From Acidobacteriota bacterium (GTDB lineage: Bacteria > Acidobacteriota > Thermoanaerobaculia > Gp7-AA8), in the NCBI GenBank assembly GCA_019247495.1, contig JAFAOU010000132.1, forward strand, positions 74,733-138,732: a DNA stretch of 64,000 bases, in the 5' to 3' direction. Shown piece by piece: positions 43,052 to 51,753 of the stretch; position 1 is the first letter of the stretch; each line of letters starts with the position of its first letter. The notes beneath the pieces were generated by a model. That model did not search any database. It had not been told where the DNA came from and was given only the letters and a program-made list of their open reading frames with translations. The position numbers and the translations under genes were made by a program.

Positions 43052-43699
43052 TTGCCTTTCCACGACGTCAAGCAGGGCGAGACGCTCATCGCGCTGGCGG
43101 TGAAGAACGGACTGGAGGGCTGGGAGGACATCGTCAACGCGCCGGAAAATGCGGAGCTGAAAAAAAAGCGTCCCGATCCGGGCATCCTCATGGCCGGCGA
43201 CAAGGTGTTCATCCCCAATCGAGTCATGCGGCAGGAGGCGTCGGCCGTCGACGCGAAGCATCCGTTCAAGATCACGCGGCCCAAAGCGTGGCTGCGGCTC
43301 GCGGTCAAGGACGCAAACGGCCTCGCGTTGAAGGGAAAGAAGTACGAGCTGAGCGTCGACTCGGTCGTGACGAAAGGCGCCGTTCCCGACGACGGCGTCA
43401 TCGAGCGCGCCGTTCCGGTCGATGCAGACGAAGGCACGCTCACGGTCTGGCTCGATGATGGCACGGCCGAAGTGTGGAGTCTTCGCATCGGATACATGGA
43501 CCCACTCGACGAAACCACCGGCATCGAAGCGCGTCTGGCCAACCTCGGATTCGACTGCGGCGATCTCGAGTCGTCCATCCGCGCCTTTCAGGAACGCCTC
43601 GGTCTCGAGGTCACCGGCAAGGCCGACGACGCACTGAAGACGAAGCTGACGTCGTACTACGATCCCGCGCAGGACGAAGGATCGCAGGAGAAAAAGTGA
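43052..43699 (+). CDS. LysM plus peptidoglycan-binding-like domain protein (paralogue of 41812-42429)
   Basis: TTG start directly after the upstream stop, with GGAGGAAG upstream. HDVKQGETLIALAVKNGL...MAGDKVFIP (LysM). IEARLANLGFDCGD..IRAFQERLGLEVTGKADDALKTKL (PG-binding-like). Confidence 0.65.
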   Translation: MPFHDVKQGETLIALAVKNGLEGWEDIVNAPENAELKKKRPDPGILMAGDKVFIPNRVMRQEASAVDAKHPFKITRPKAWLRLAVKDANGLALKGKKYELSVDSVVTKGAVPDDGVIERAVPVDADEGTLTVWLDDGTAEVWSLRIGYMDPLDETTGIEARLANLGFDCGDLESSIRAFQERLGLEVTGKADDALKTKLTSYYDPAQDEGSQEKK

Positions 43700-43977
43700 C
43701 GGCGCAGGTCGCCCACGTGCAGCTCGTCCACGAGCAGGGAAAGGCGGGCGACAAGCTCCGCCTCCGCACGTGGATCGAGGTACAGCTCATCGGCGAAGAC
43801 GACAAACCGATTCCGTATCAGAAATACACGATCGCGCTGCCCGGCGGCGCGATCAGGAGCGGCACGCTCGACGAGAACGGAAGCGCGCGTATCGAAGGCA
43901 TTCCGGCCGGAACGTGCAAGGTGTCGTTCCCCGATCTCGATCAGGATGCATGGACTGCGGTGGAAACGAAGACATGA
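43696..43977 (+). CDS. Small protein (93 aa) consisting of the shared beta-sandwich module
   Basis: GTG start at 43696 overlaps the upstream stop (GTGA). WIEVQLIGEDDKPIPYQKYTIALPGGAIRSGTLDENGSARIEGIPAGTCKVSFPDLD. Confidence 0.5.
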   Translation: MTAQVAHVQLVHEQGKAGDKLRLRTWIEVQLIGEDDKPIPYQKYTIALPGGAIRSGTLDENGSARIEGIPAGTCKVSFPDLDQDAWTAVETKT

Positions 43978-45653
43978 CCGGCGATCTGGCGCGCATTCGC
44001 GATGAGGAGCGCGCCGTGCGCGATGCGTACGACAGCGTCCCTTACCCGAGCGCGTCGCAGCATCACACGCATCCCGATCACCTGGCGGCGCTGGCCATTC
44101 TCAACGGACTCGATCCCGCGCCGGCGCAACGCTGCCGCGTTCTGGAGCTGGGATGCGCCGACGGCGGCAATCTGATTCCGATGGCGGCCGAATTTCCGGA
44201 GAGCCGCTTCACCGGCATCGACCTCTCGCCGAAACAGATCGAGAGCGGGCGCGCGGCTGTAGCCGAGGCGGGGCTGGCGAACCTCGATCTGCGCGTGATG
44301 AGCATTCTGGATGTGGATACGACGCGGCGGTCGGCGGTCGGGGGTCGGGAGTCGGAGAACAATCGGGACGACGCTGCTCTCCGACCGCCGACACCCGACT
44401 CCCCACTCCCGAATCAATTCGACTACATCCTCTGCCACGGCGTTTTCTCGTGGGTCACTCCCGAGGTGCAGGAGGCGATTTTCGAGATCTGCCGCACGCA
44501 TCTCGCGCCGCACGGCGTCGCGTACATCAGCTACAACACCTATCCCGGCTGGCACCTCCGCGAAATGGTGCGCGACATGGTCGTCTTCCACACGCGGCAT
44601 TTCCCGGATGGCGACGAGCGCACCGCACGCGCGTTCGAGTTCGTGCAGTTCCTGTCCGAGACCTCGGCCGGCGGCGGCGATGCGCACGCGTTGATGTTGC
44701 GCACCGCACGCGAGCACTTCGAAGAATTCCGGCACCGGCCGGCGTATCTGGCCCACGAATATCTCGAGCGGACGAATGCGCCGATCTATTTTCACGAGTT
44801 TGCCGAGCGCGCCGCGGGACATGGATTGCAGTACGTATCCGAGGCCGAGCCGGCGGCGATGGAGGCGGACAATCTCGCGCCGAATATTGCCGCGCGTCTG
44901 CACCAGTTCACCTCGGACCGTATCGAATTGGAGCAGTACGTCGACTTCGCGGCGAACCGGATGTTCCGACGCACGTTGCTCTGTCACGCCAATGCGCGGC
45001 TCGACCGCGACGTGACACCGAAGAAGCTGCGGCGGTTGTACGTATCGTCGAGGGCGAAGCCGGTTTCCGACACGCTCCAGCCGCGCGGCACAGGCAGCGA
45101 GAGCTTCCGCACCGAGCGCGGCGCGGTGTTCTCGTCGGCCCATCCGCTGGCGAAGGCAGCGCTGTCCGCGCTCTTCGCGGCGTGGCCCGAGGCGATCGCA
45201 TTCGACACGTTGCGATCGAACATCGCCCGGCTTCTCGACGAAGCTCCTCCCGATGATGACGCTCTGACCGATCTGCTCGCGTCGCTGCACGCTGCCGGCG
45301 TCATCACGTTGCACGCGTCGCCGCCGAACTGTGCGCGCGGCGTCAGCGCGTTCCCGCGAGTTTCCGCGCTGGCCCGGCTCCAGGCGGCCGCGGGATTACT
45401 GGTGACCAATCAACATCACCGCGTCGTCAGGCTCGACGATCCGTTCGTGCGTTTCATGGTCCGGCACCTGAACGGCACGCGCAGTCACGCCGATCTGGTG
45501 CGCTTGCTCGATGCCGAGGTCACCGCCGGCCGGCTCGACGTCAGCAGCGACGGCCAGCCCATCCGCGAACCGCAACGCATCCCCGCGGTGCTGCAGGCGC
45601 TGGTCGCGCATCACCTCCGGCAGATGACGGAGTACGCGTTGCTGGTGGAGTGA
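43974..45653 (+). CDS. SAM-dependent methyltransferase with C-terminal methyltransferase-regulatory domain
   Basis: ATG at 43974 overlaps the upstream stop (ATGA). YDSVPYPSASQHHTHPDHLAALAILNGL, RVLELGCADGGNLIPMA, FDYILCHGVFSWV and GVAYISYNTYPGW match the remembered family pattern. Confidence 0.8.
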   Translation: MTGDLARIRDEERAVRDAYDSVPYPSASQHHTHPDHLAALAILNGLDPAPAQRCRVLELGCADGGNLIPMAAEFPESRFTGIDLSPKQIESGRAAVAEAGLANLDLRVMSILDVDTTRRSAVGGRESENNRDDAALRPPTPDSPLPNQFDYILCHGVFSWVTPEVQEAIFEICRTHLAPHGVAYISYNTYPGWHLREMVRDMVVFHTRHFPDGDERTARAFEFVQFLSETSAGGGDAHALMLRTAREHFEEFRHRPAYLAHEYLERTNAPIYFHEFAERAAGHGLQYVSEAEPAAMEADNLAPNIAARLHQFTSDRIELEQYVDFAANRMFRRTLLCHANARLDRDVTPKKLRRLYVSSRAKPVSDTLQPRGTGSESFRTERGAVFSSAHPLAKAALSALFAAWPEAIAFDTLRSNIARLLDEAPPDDDALTDLLASLHAAGVITLHASPPNCARGVSAFPRVSALARLQAAAGLLVTNQHHRVVRLDDPFVRFMVRHLNGTRSHADLVRLLDAEVTAGRLDVSSDGQPIREPQRIPAVLQALVAHHLRQMTEYALLVE

Positions 45654-45693
45654 AGCCACTGAAGTAGTGGTCCTGCGAGAATGACGACGACGA

Positions 45694-46335
45694 TTACGTC
45701 GAACCGGCGCGCACCCACACGGTCTTTTCTATTACAGGCTGCACAAGCACTCGCTTAATAGCGCGATAGGACACGATTTCGACCCACGCACATAGCAGCA
45801 TGAGGCACCACGCTGCCACCAATAAGACGACGCTCCAAGCCCTCGACGGTAAGCTGTATGCGGCGACTATCAGCAACGATGATGCGACGCATTTATGCAG
45901 AATGGACAAGAAGAAACTGGATACTGTTGTTGGTCGCCGAGCTTCACTGTGGCCCCATGCGAGGACTGCCGTCAAGGGCGGTTCACGCAGATCGAGAAGT
46001 TTTTGAAATGCCGGATTCAATATCTCGTTCTTCCACTGAACATAGCCGAGAGTCAGCGCGTAGGTTGACACGCCGTGCACGATGATTCCGCAACTGATCA
46101 CCGCAAATGCTACGGCGACAAAACCGGTGTTATCGGTCGCGCCGTGTTCGCCGAATAACCAGCCAAGCAGCGTGATTCCTACACCAAAGAATCCGAATAC
46201 CTTCACATGAAGACTGGCATAGCCAACGATCGCAGAATCAGCGTGTTGTTTCTCGCTGATCAGAAGCTCAAAGTACTTCTCGTCGCGATTCATTTGTGAG
46301 GGGTTCGCTTCTGGGTCGATCGTGCTCTCACTCAT
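45694..46335 (-). CDS. Hypothetical polytopic membrane protein (213 aa), low GC
   Basis: Start ATG at 46335 overlaps the SLT stop (ATGA). Four to five hydrophobic helices. No family recognised. Confidence 0.55.
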   Translation of the reverse strand: MSESTIDPEANPSQMNRDEKYFELLISEKQHADSAIVGYASLHVKVFGFFGVGITLLGWLFGEHGATDNTGFVAVAFAVISCGIIVHGVSTYALTLGYVQWKNEILNPAFQKLLDLREPPLTAVLAWGHSEARRPTTVSSFFLSILHKCVASSLLIVAAYSLPSRAWSVVLLVAAWCLMLLCAWVEIVSYRAIKRVLVQPVIEKTVWVRAGST

Positions 46336-47123
46336 GAGCGAATCCGCTTCACCTGCGCCTCCAATTGACGCACGGCTGCACGAACCCGCTTCACATACTG
46401 CTGGGTCTCGCGAAATGGCGGAATGCCGCCATGATGGTCGACGGCGCCTTCACCGGCGTTGTAGGCCGCCAGGATGAGATCGAGATCGCCGCGGTAGTGG
46501 TCGCGAAGCCAGGCAAGGTAGGCGGTACCGGCGGCGATGTTGTCCTTCGGATCGAAGAGCCGCTCTCGCGCCACGCCAAAGCGCGCGCCGGTTTCCGGCA
46601 TCACCTGCAGGAGGCCGAGGGCGCCTTTCTCGGAGACCTCGTAGGGATTGAAATCGGATTCGACGCGGGCGATCGCTTCGACGAGCTCCGGTGAAAGCGA
46701 GCGGGCCAGCGCTGCGTCGCGGATCATCGGACGGTACGACGACGCCAACGGTGCAGGATCCTTTGCCGCGAGTTGGATGGCATTCCAGTCGGGCATCGGC
46801 AGCGGCTGCACGGTCAACCACTCGTCGAGGGGGTTTACGTTCGTTGCGGCGACGACTTCGACGACTGCGGCGGATGCCATCGGCGCCAGCGTCTCGGCAA
46901 CGACCGGAGTTTCCGCCGCCGGCGTGAGGTCGGCGAACGGCGGCGGGACGAAGTGCGAGCGCGGGAGAAGCTGTACGGCCTCCGGCGCGTGCGGCGCGTG
47001 GGTACCCGCGTAGGCAATGCCGGCGGCGATCACCAGCAAAAGGCTCACGATGACGAGAGCGAGTGCGGCGACGATCCCCGTGAAGACGTCGATATTGATT
47101 CTGCGCCGTTGCCGTTGTTTCAT
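46332..47123 (-). CDS. Lytic transglycosylase (SLT domain), membrane anchored
   Basis: N-terminal TM IVAALALVIVSLLLVIAAGIAYA. SLT motifs AIARVESDFNPYEVSEKGALGLLQVMP and AAYNAGEGAV. ATG at 47123 shares 1 nt with the upstream stop (TGATG). Confidence 0.85.
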   Translation of the reverse strand: MKQRQRRRINIDVFTGIVAALALVIVSLLLVIAAGIAYAGTHAPHAPEAVQLLPRSHFVPPPFADLTPAAETPVVAETLAPMASAAVVEVVAATNVNPLDEWLTVQPLPMPDWNAIQLAAKDPAPLASSYRPMIRDAALARSLSPELVEAIARVESDFNPYEVSEKGALGLLQVMPETGARFGVARERLFDPKDNIAAGTAYLAWLRDHYRGDLDLILAAYNAGEGAVDHHGGIPPFRETQQYVKRVRAAVRQLEAQVKRIRS

Positions 47124-47911
47124 CAGACCCCCTGCTTGTAAAACGTGATCACCGTGTTCTGCGACGGGCCGTCGAGAACGAAGACCCACATCCCGCCGTG
47201 AATGATCTGGTAGGACTTTCTTGTCCCGCTGTTGTCACGGTCTTTGCGAAGGTTCGACGGTTTGGCCAGGGCCTTCAACGCACGAATGGTCGCCATCGGA
47301 TGGCCGTGACCTACATCGGGCGGAATCAACCAATCGAGAACAACTTCGACTCCGAGCGTGAGCCTGGACGAAGCTTTGGTAACGATCAAAGGCATGTCGA
47401 GGGGAAACCCGCTGAAGGTGATCCGCTGCCACGACTCGATGGTCTCGCCCATCATGTTCATGTTGACGCGCTCCAACATGGTGTCGGTGACAGCGCCGTG
47501 ATTCCAGAGACTGCTGCCGCTCCCCATCATCGTCAGGGTCCATGGGATGTTCCGGTACGACCTCTGCGCTTCGATCAGAAAGCCGTTGATCGTGATCTGG
47601 GTGGGATCGGGCTGACGGTTCACGCGCGTGCGAATGTCATCCGCCGTCGAGACAAACCAGACCACGTAACCGTCCACCCACCGTTTCGCGACTTCGACCG
47701 GCTGCAGCCGCGCCGGATAGTACGGGTTCACGATCTGATCTTCGGCCCACGTTGCGGCCCAGCCGATGATGTAGTCGATGACAGTGACGTCGAGGTTGCG
47801 GCCATCTCTCAGCAGCACCGTCGAGACATAGGTTCCGATCGCTTTCCGGATGAGGCCTTGGGCCTGCGTCTGCTGCGGCCGCGGCCCGAGGTCGACGTCC
47901 ATGATGCTCAT
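47123..47911 (-). CDS. Uncharacterised 262-aa protein translationally coupled to clpV
   Basis: ATG at 47911 overlaps the clpV stop (ATGA). No signal peptide, TM segment or family motif recognised. GC is somewhat below the T6SS core genes. Confidence 0.6.
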   Translation of the reverse strand: MSIMDVDLGPRPQQTQAQGLIRKAIGTYVSTVLLRDGRNLDVTVIDYIIGWAATWAEDQIVNPYYPARLQPVEVAKRWVDGYVVWFVSTADDIRTRVNRQPDPTQITINGFLIEAQRSYRNIPWTLTMMGSGSSLWNHGAVTDTMLERVNMNMMGETIESWQRITFSGFPLDMPLIVTKASSRLTLGVEVVLDWLIPPDVGHGHPMATIRALKALAKPSNLRKDRDNSGTRKSYQIIHGGMWVFVLDGPSQNTVITFYKQGV

Positions 47912-50496
47912 ACAAACCTCCCCATGTCATCGACCGAGATATGAATCTTGGAGAAGCTCACACCATTGGCCATCTTCTCCAGAATGCGTGTCGACAGTTC
48001 CGGCAGCAGGGTCTGTGTGAGGATGCGGTCGATCTCTCGCGCGCCGCTCTCGGGATCGCAACGGTCGGCCAGCGACTGCACCAGGTTCGGGTCGTAGGTC
48101 AGCTCGGCGTTGTGGTTCTCGCGCACGCGGCGCTTCACCGATTGCAGCTTCAGCTCGACGATGCGCAACACCTCGCGCTTGCGCAGTGAGTAGTACGGAA
48201 CGATCACCAGGCGCGCCAGCAGCGCCGGCCGGAAACGGCGCGTCAGTTCGGGCCGAAGCGCTTCGACGATCGAATCGACGTCGCGTTTTTCCGCCGGATT
48301 GTTGCGGCAAGCCTCGGCGATGATTTCCGAGCCCGCGTTCGACGTCAGCAGAATGACGGTGTGGCGGAAGTCGACCGGAACGCCCTCGCCGTCTTCGAGC
48401 ACACCTTTGTCGAAGACCTGGTAGAAAAGATCGACGACGTCCGGATGCGCTTTCTCGATCTCGTCGAGCAGCACCGCGCTCCACGGCCGCCGCCGCACGG
48501 CCTCGGTGAGCACCCCGCCCTTGCCGTAGCCGACGTATCCCGGCGGCGCGCCTTTCAGAGTGGCAACCGAGTGCGCCTCCTGGAACTCCGACATGTTGAA
48601 AGAGATGAGATTGCGCTCGCCGCCGTAGAGCACGTCCGCGAGCGTCAGCGCCGTTTCGGTCTTGCCCACTCCGGTCGGCCCGACGAGGAGGAAGACGCCC
48701 TTCGGTTTGGCGGGATCTTCGAGCGACGCGCGCGACGTCGAGATGCGGCGGCAGATGGCGTCGAGCGCCTGCGGCTGCCCGACGATGCGCTCGGCCAGCC
48801 GTTCCTTGAGCGTGAGGATGCTGCGGATCTCGTCGGCGAGCATGCGGCCGACCGGGATGCCGGTCCAGCCGGAAACGACGGACGCGATTGTGCGTGAATC
48901 GACGTGAAGCGGAACCATCGGCTCGGGGCCCTGCAACTCGTCGAGCGTTGCGATGAGATCCGCCAGTTGCTCCGGGTCCTTGCCGTCCGCTTCCACGGAG
49001 CGGATCTGGGTGACCAACTCCTTTTCCTTCGTCCAGCGCTCCGAGGCGCCGGTGCGCTCGTCGCGCAGGCGGGCGATCTCCGTCTCCAGCTCGGCCGCCG
49101 GCGTGCCGCGCCCCGGCTTGTCACCTTCGCGCTTTTTCACGTCGAGATCCGCTTCGGCGATGCGGATGCGGCGGTCGAAGTCTTCGATCGCGGCCGGCGT
49201 CCCCTCCTGCGCCAACGCCACGCGCGCCGAGGCGGTGTCGAGCACGCCGATGGCCTTGTCGGGAAGGCGGCGCTCGGGCAGGTAGCGATGCGAAAGCTGC
49301 ACGGCGCTGCGCACCGCTTCATCGAGGATGCGTACGCGATGATGCTTTTCGAGATGCGGCGCGAGGCCGCGCAGCATGTCGAGCGCCGCTTCTTCATCGG
49401 GCTCGTCGACTTTCACCACCTGGAAGCGGCGCGTGAGCGCGGGATCCTTCTCGAAATACTTTTTGTACTCCGACCAGGTCGTGGCGGCGATGGTGCGCAG
49501 CTCGCCGCGCGCGAGCGCCGGCTTGAGAAGATTCGCGGCGTCGCCCTGCCCGGCCGCGCCACCCGCGCCGATGAGCGTGTGCGCCTCGTCGATGAAAAGG
49601 ATGACCGGCTTCGTGGCCGCTTTCACTTCCGCGATGACGGACTTGAGCCGTTCCTCGAACTCCCCTTTCACGCCCGCGCCGGCCTGGAGCAAGCCGAGGT
49701 CGAGAACGCGGAGGGAAATGTTGCGAAGCGGCTCGGGCACCTCGCCCGCCGCGACGCGCAACGCGAACCCCTCCGCCACCGCGGTCTTGCCGACACCCGC
49801 GTCGCCGACGAGGATCGGATTGTTCTGCCGGCGGCGCGTGAGGATGTCGATGACCTGCCGGATCTCGCCGTCGCGTCCGCGGATCGGATCGATCTTTCCC
49901 GCTCTGGCCTCGGCGGTGAGATCGACCGTGTACTTGTCGAGCGCGGTTGTGGGCGCTTCCTTCGCTTCCCTCGCCTGCGAGGTGTACTCGCCCTGACCGG
50001 GCGCGCTCGGCCCCGCGGTTTCCTCGGCGGACTCGCGGATCAGATCGCGCAGGTTGTCGCGCAGCGACTCGCGCGGAATCTTCGCCAGCAGCGGACACGA
50101 CTCATGGATGACCGTTCGCAGCGTCTCGTTTTCGTAGAGCGCGAGCAGCAGCGCGCCGGAGCGGATGGCATCGGAGTCGAGGTGCAGAGTCGACAGCGAC
50201 CATGCCTCGCGCAGCAGCAGAAGCACGTGCGGCGACATCGCGGGCGTCCTGCTGTTGCCGCGATCGAACTTGTCGATCGCCTGCGTGAGCTGCCGGGTGA
50301 GATCGTTCACTTCGATGTCGAAGTAGCGGAAGACCGGACCGGCGTCCGTGGCCGGCAGCTCGAGGAGTTTGATCAGCAGATGCTCGACCTCGACGTTGTA
50401 GTGCGTCTGCGCGACGCAGAGCGCGGCCGCGGTCTCCAGCGCCCGCTTGCAGATCGGGTTCAGCTTGCCGATGAGAACTCTCAGTTCACTGCTCAT
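47908..50496 (-). CDS. clpV: ClpV (TssH) AAA+ ATPase
   Basis: 862 aa. Clp N-domain and two P-loops, GDAGVGKTAVAEG and GPTGVGKTETAL. Confidence 0.95.
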   Translation of the reverse strand: MSSELRVLIGKLNPICKRALETAAALCVAQTHYNVEVEHLLIKLLELPATDAGPVFRYFDIEVNDLTRQLTQAIDKFDRGNSRTPAMSPHVLLLLREAWSLSTLHLDSDAIRSGALLLALYENETLRTVIHESCPLLAKIPRESLRDNLRDLIRESAEETAGPSAPGQGEYTSQAREAKEAPTTALDKYTVDLTAEARAGKIDPIRGRDGEIRQVIDILTRRRQNNPILVGDAGVGKTAVAEGFALRVAAGEVPEPLRNISLRVLDLGLLQAGAGVKGEFEERLKSVIAEVKAATKPVILFIDEAHTLIGAGGAAGQGDAANLLKPALARGELRTIAATTWSEYKKYFEKDPALTRRFQVVKVDEPDEEAALDMLRGLAPHLEKHHRVRILDEAVRSAVQLSHRYLPERRLPDKAIGVLDTASARVALAQEGTPAAIEDFDRRIRIAEADLDVKKREGDKPGRGTPAAELETEIARLRDERTGASERWTKEKELVTQIRSVEADGKDPEQLADLIATLDELQGPEPMVPLHVDSRTIASVVSGWTGIPVGRMLADEIRSILTLKERLAERIVGQPQALDAICRRISTSRASLEDPAKPKGVFLLVGPTGVGKTETALTLADVLYGGERNLISFNMSEFQEAHSVATLKGAPPGYVGYGKGGVLTEAVRRRPWSAVLLDEIEKAHPDVVDLFYQVFDKGVLEDGEGVPVDFRHTVILLTSNAGSEIIAEACRNNPAEKRDVDSIVEALRPELTRRFRPALLARLVIVPYYSLRKREVLRIVELKLQSVKRRVRENHNAELTYDPNLVQSLADRCDPESGAREIDRILTQTLLPELSTRILEKMANGVSFSKIHISVDDMGRFV

Positions 50497-50511
50497 TTGT
50501 CTTTTCCGTTC

Positions 50512-51531
50512 TCATGGCCTTCCCATCAACTTCACTTGCGAGTCGTTGGCGACGGATGGTCTTCGCTTCAGCCACGACGTCCAGCCGAGGAAGATGCCCT
50601 GGCCGGCGCCGAGGCGCAGTACGGGAACTTCAGCGGCGGCGAGCGTGAGGCCGATGGTGAAGCCGAGTTCTTCGCGCACGTAGAACTGCACCGCCGCGAC
50701 GAGCGCGCGGAACGCGCTGCCGTTGGGCAGAAACGAGAGAAATTGCACGAACGTCAGCGCTCCGAGCTGAACGCGAAAGCTCGAGTCATCGCTCCACAGG
50801 CGGCGGCCGAGAACGGCTCCCCCGCCGAGGAGCTGGTTCTGGCCCGACTCGCCAATGCGCGTGACGTCATCGTCCTCGATTGCATCCCAACGCCCGGCGA
50901 ACTGCGCGATGTCGACCGGCACGCCGAAGTAATCCTCGAGCAGCCGCACCAGTCCGGCCGTAGAGCGGTAGCGATCGACGCACAGCCCGGCGTACGGAAG
51001 GAGCGCGCGGTCGCGCATCTCCATCCGCCCGAGAAGATGCGGCGTGGAAAGGCCGAGGAAGGAGTAGAGCACCGTTGCCACGCGGCCGCGGTCGGGCGCC
51101 CTCGTATCGATGGCGGGCCGGTACTTCTTGCGGGCGCGATAGAGCAGCGAAACGAGCCGGTGATTGAAGATGTCGAGGAAGTCGCGGAACGCTTTGTCTT
51201 TCCGAAACGTGCGCTCGACGATCAACTCCGAGACGGCCGGCGGCAGCGGACCGAGGGCGCCGGCCAGACCGAGGATGTTCACGACCATCTCGGCCGGTTC
51301 GCCTTTCGCGCCGGGATGCACCGACTCGACGTCGCCGGGAGGAAAATCCATCCGGACCGCGTGCCGGAAGCGGACGACTTCCCGCTGCGGATCGACGCCT
51401 TCGCCGGGCGGCGTACGTTCGTCGTAGAGCTCCTCGAGCAGCCGCACCGCCTGCAGGAAGGCAAAGCGATGCCCTTCCTCGAAGAGCCCTTCGGCTACAG
51501 AACGGCTTTCGCGCCAGCCATAGGACGCCAT
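50512..51531 (-). CDS. tssG: TssG baseplate protein
   Basis: MASYGWRESRSVAEGLFEEGHRFAFLQAVRLLEE..., the usual TssG N-terminal F.F.QAvRLLE motif. ATG at 51531 chosen over the longer ORF-track start. Confidence 0.85.
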   Translation of the reverse strand: MASYGWRESRSVAEGLFEEGHRFAFLQAVRLLEELYDERTPPGEGVDPQREVVRFRHAVRMDFPPGDVESVHPGAKGEPAEMVVNILGLAGALGPLPPAVSELIVERTFRKDKAFRDFLDIFNHRLVSLLYRARKKYRPAIDTRAPDRGRVATVLYSFLGLSTPHLLGRMEMRDRALLPYAGLCVDRYRSTAGLVRLLEDYFGVPVDIAQFAGRWDAIEDDDVTRIGESGQNQLLGGGAVLGRRLWSDDSSFRVQLGALTFVQFLSFLPNGSAFRALVAAVQFYVREELGFTIGLTLAAAEVPVLRLGAGQGIFLGWTSWLKRRPSVANDSQVKLMGRP

Positions 51532-51753
51532 CAGTCCAAACCTCCGTCGGCCGGACGCTGGCGTCTCGCCGGCTGGCTCGGCGGCGTCCCCGCCGCCGAA
51601 TGGGAGGCTTGCGCCGTCCGCCGTGTTACCAGCGAATGTTGAGGGTCTGGCGGTTCGGCGGTGAGGACGCGCGCCGAGCCAGCCGGCGAGGACGCCGGCG
51701 TTCCATCGCCTTCGGCTACAGAACGGCTTTCGCGCCAGCCATAGGACGCCATC
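51488..51753. repeat. 45-bp perfect direct repeat (51488-51532 and 51709-51753) flanking a 176-bp palindrome-rich insert at the tssF/tssG junction
   Basis: Both copies read CCTTCGGCTACAGAACGGCTTTCGCGCCAGCCATAGGACGCCATC. The insert contains 17-bp inverted arms CGCCGGCTGGCTCGGCG (51567-51583) and CGCCGAGCCAGCCGGCG (51672-51688). Confidence 0.85.

Noticed and set aside
48904-51642. 912-aa plus-strand ORF antisense to clpV and tssG
   Set aside because: Shadow ORF with Arg-rich composition and no motifs. The minus strand encodes well-supported ClpV and TssG.
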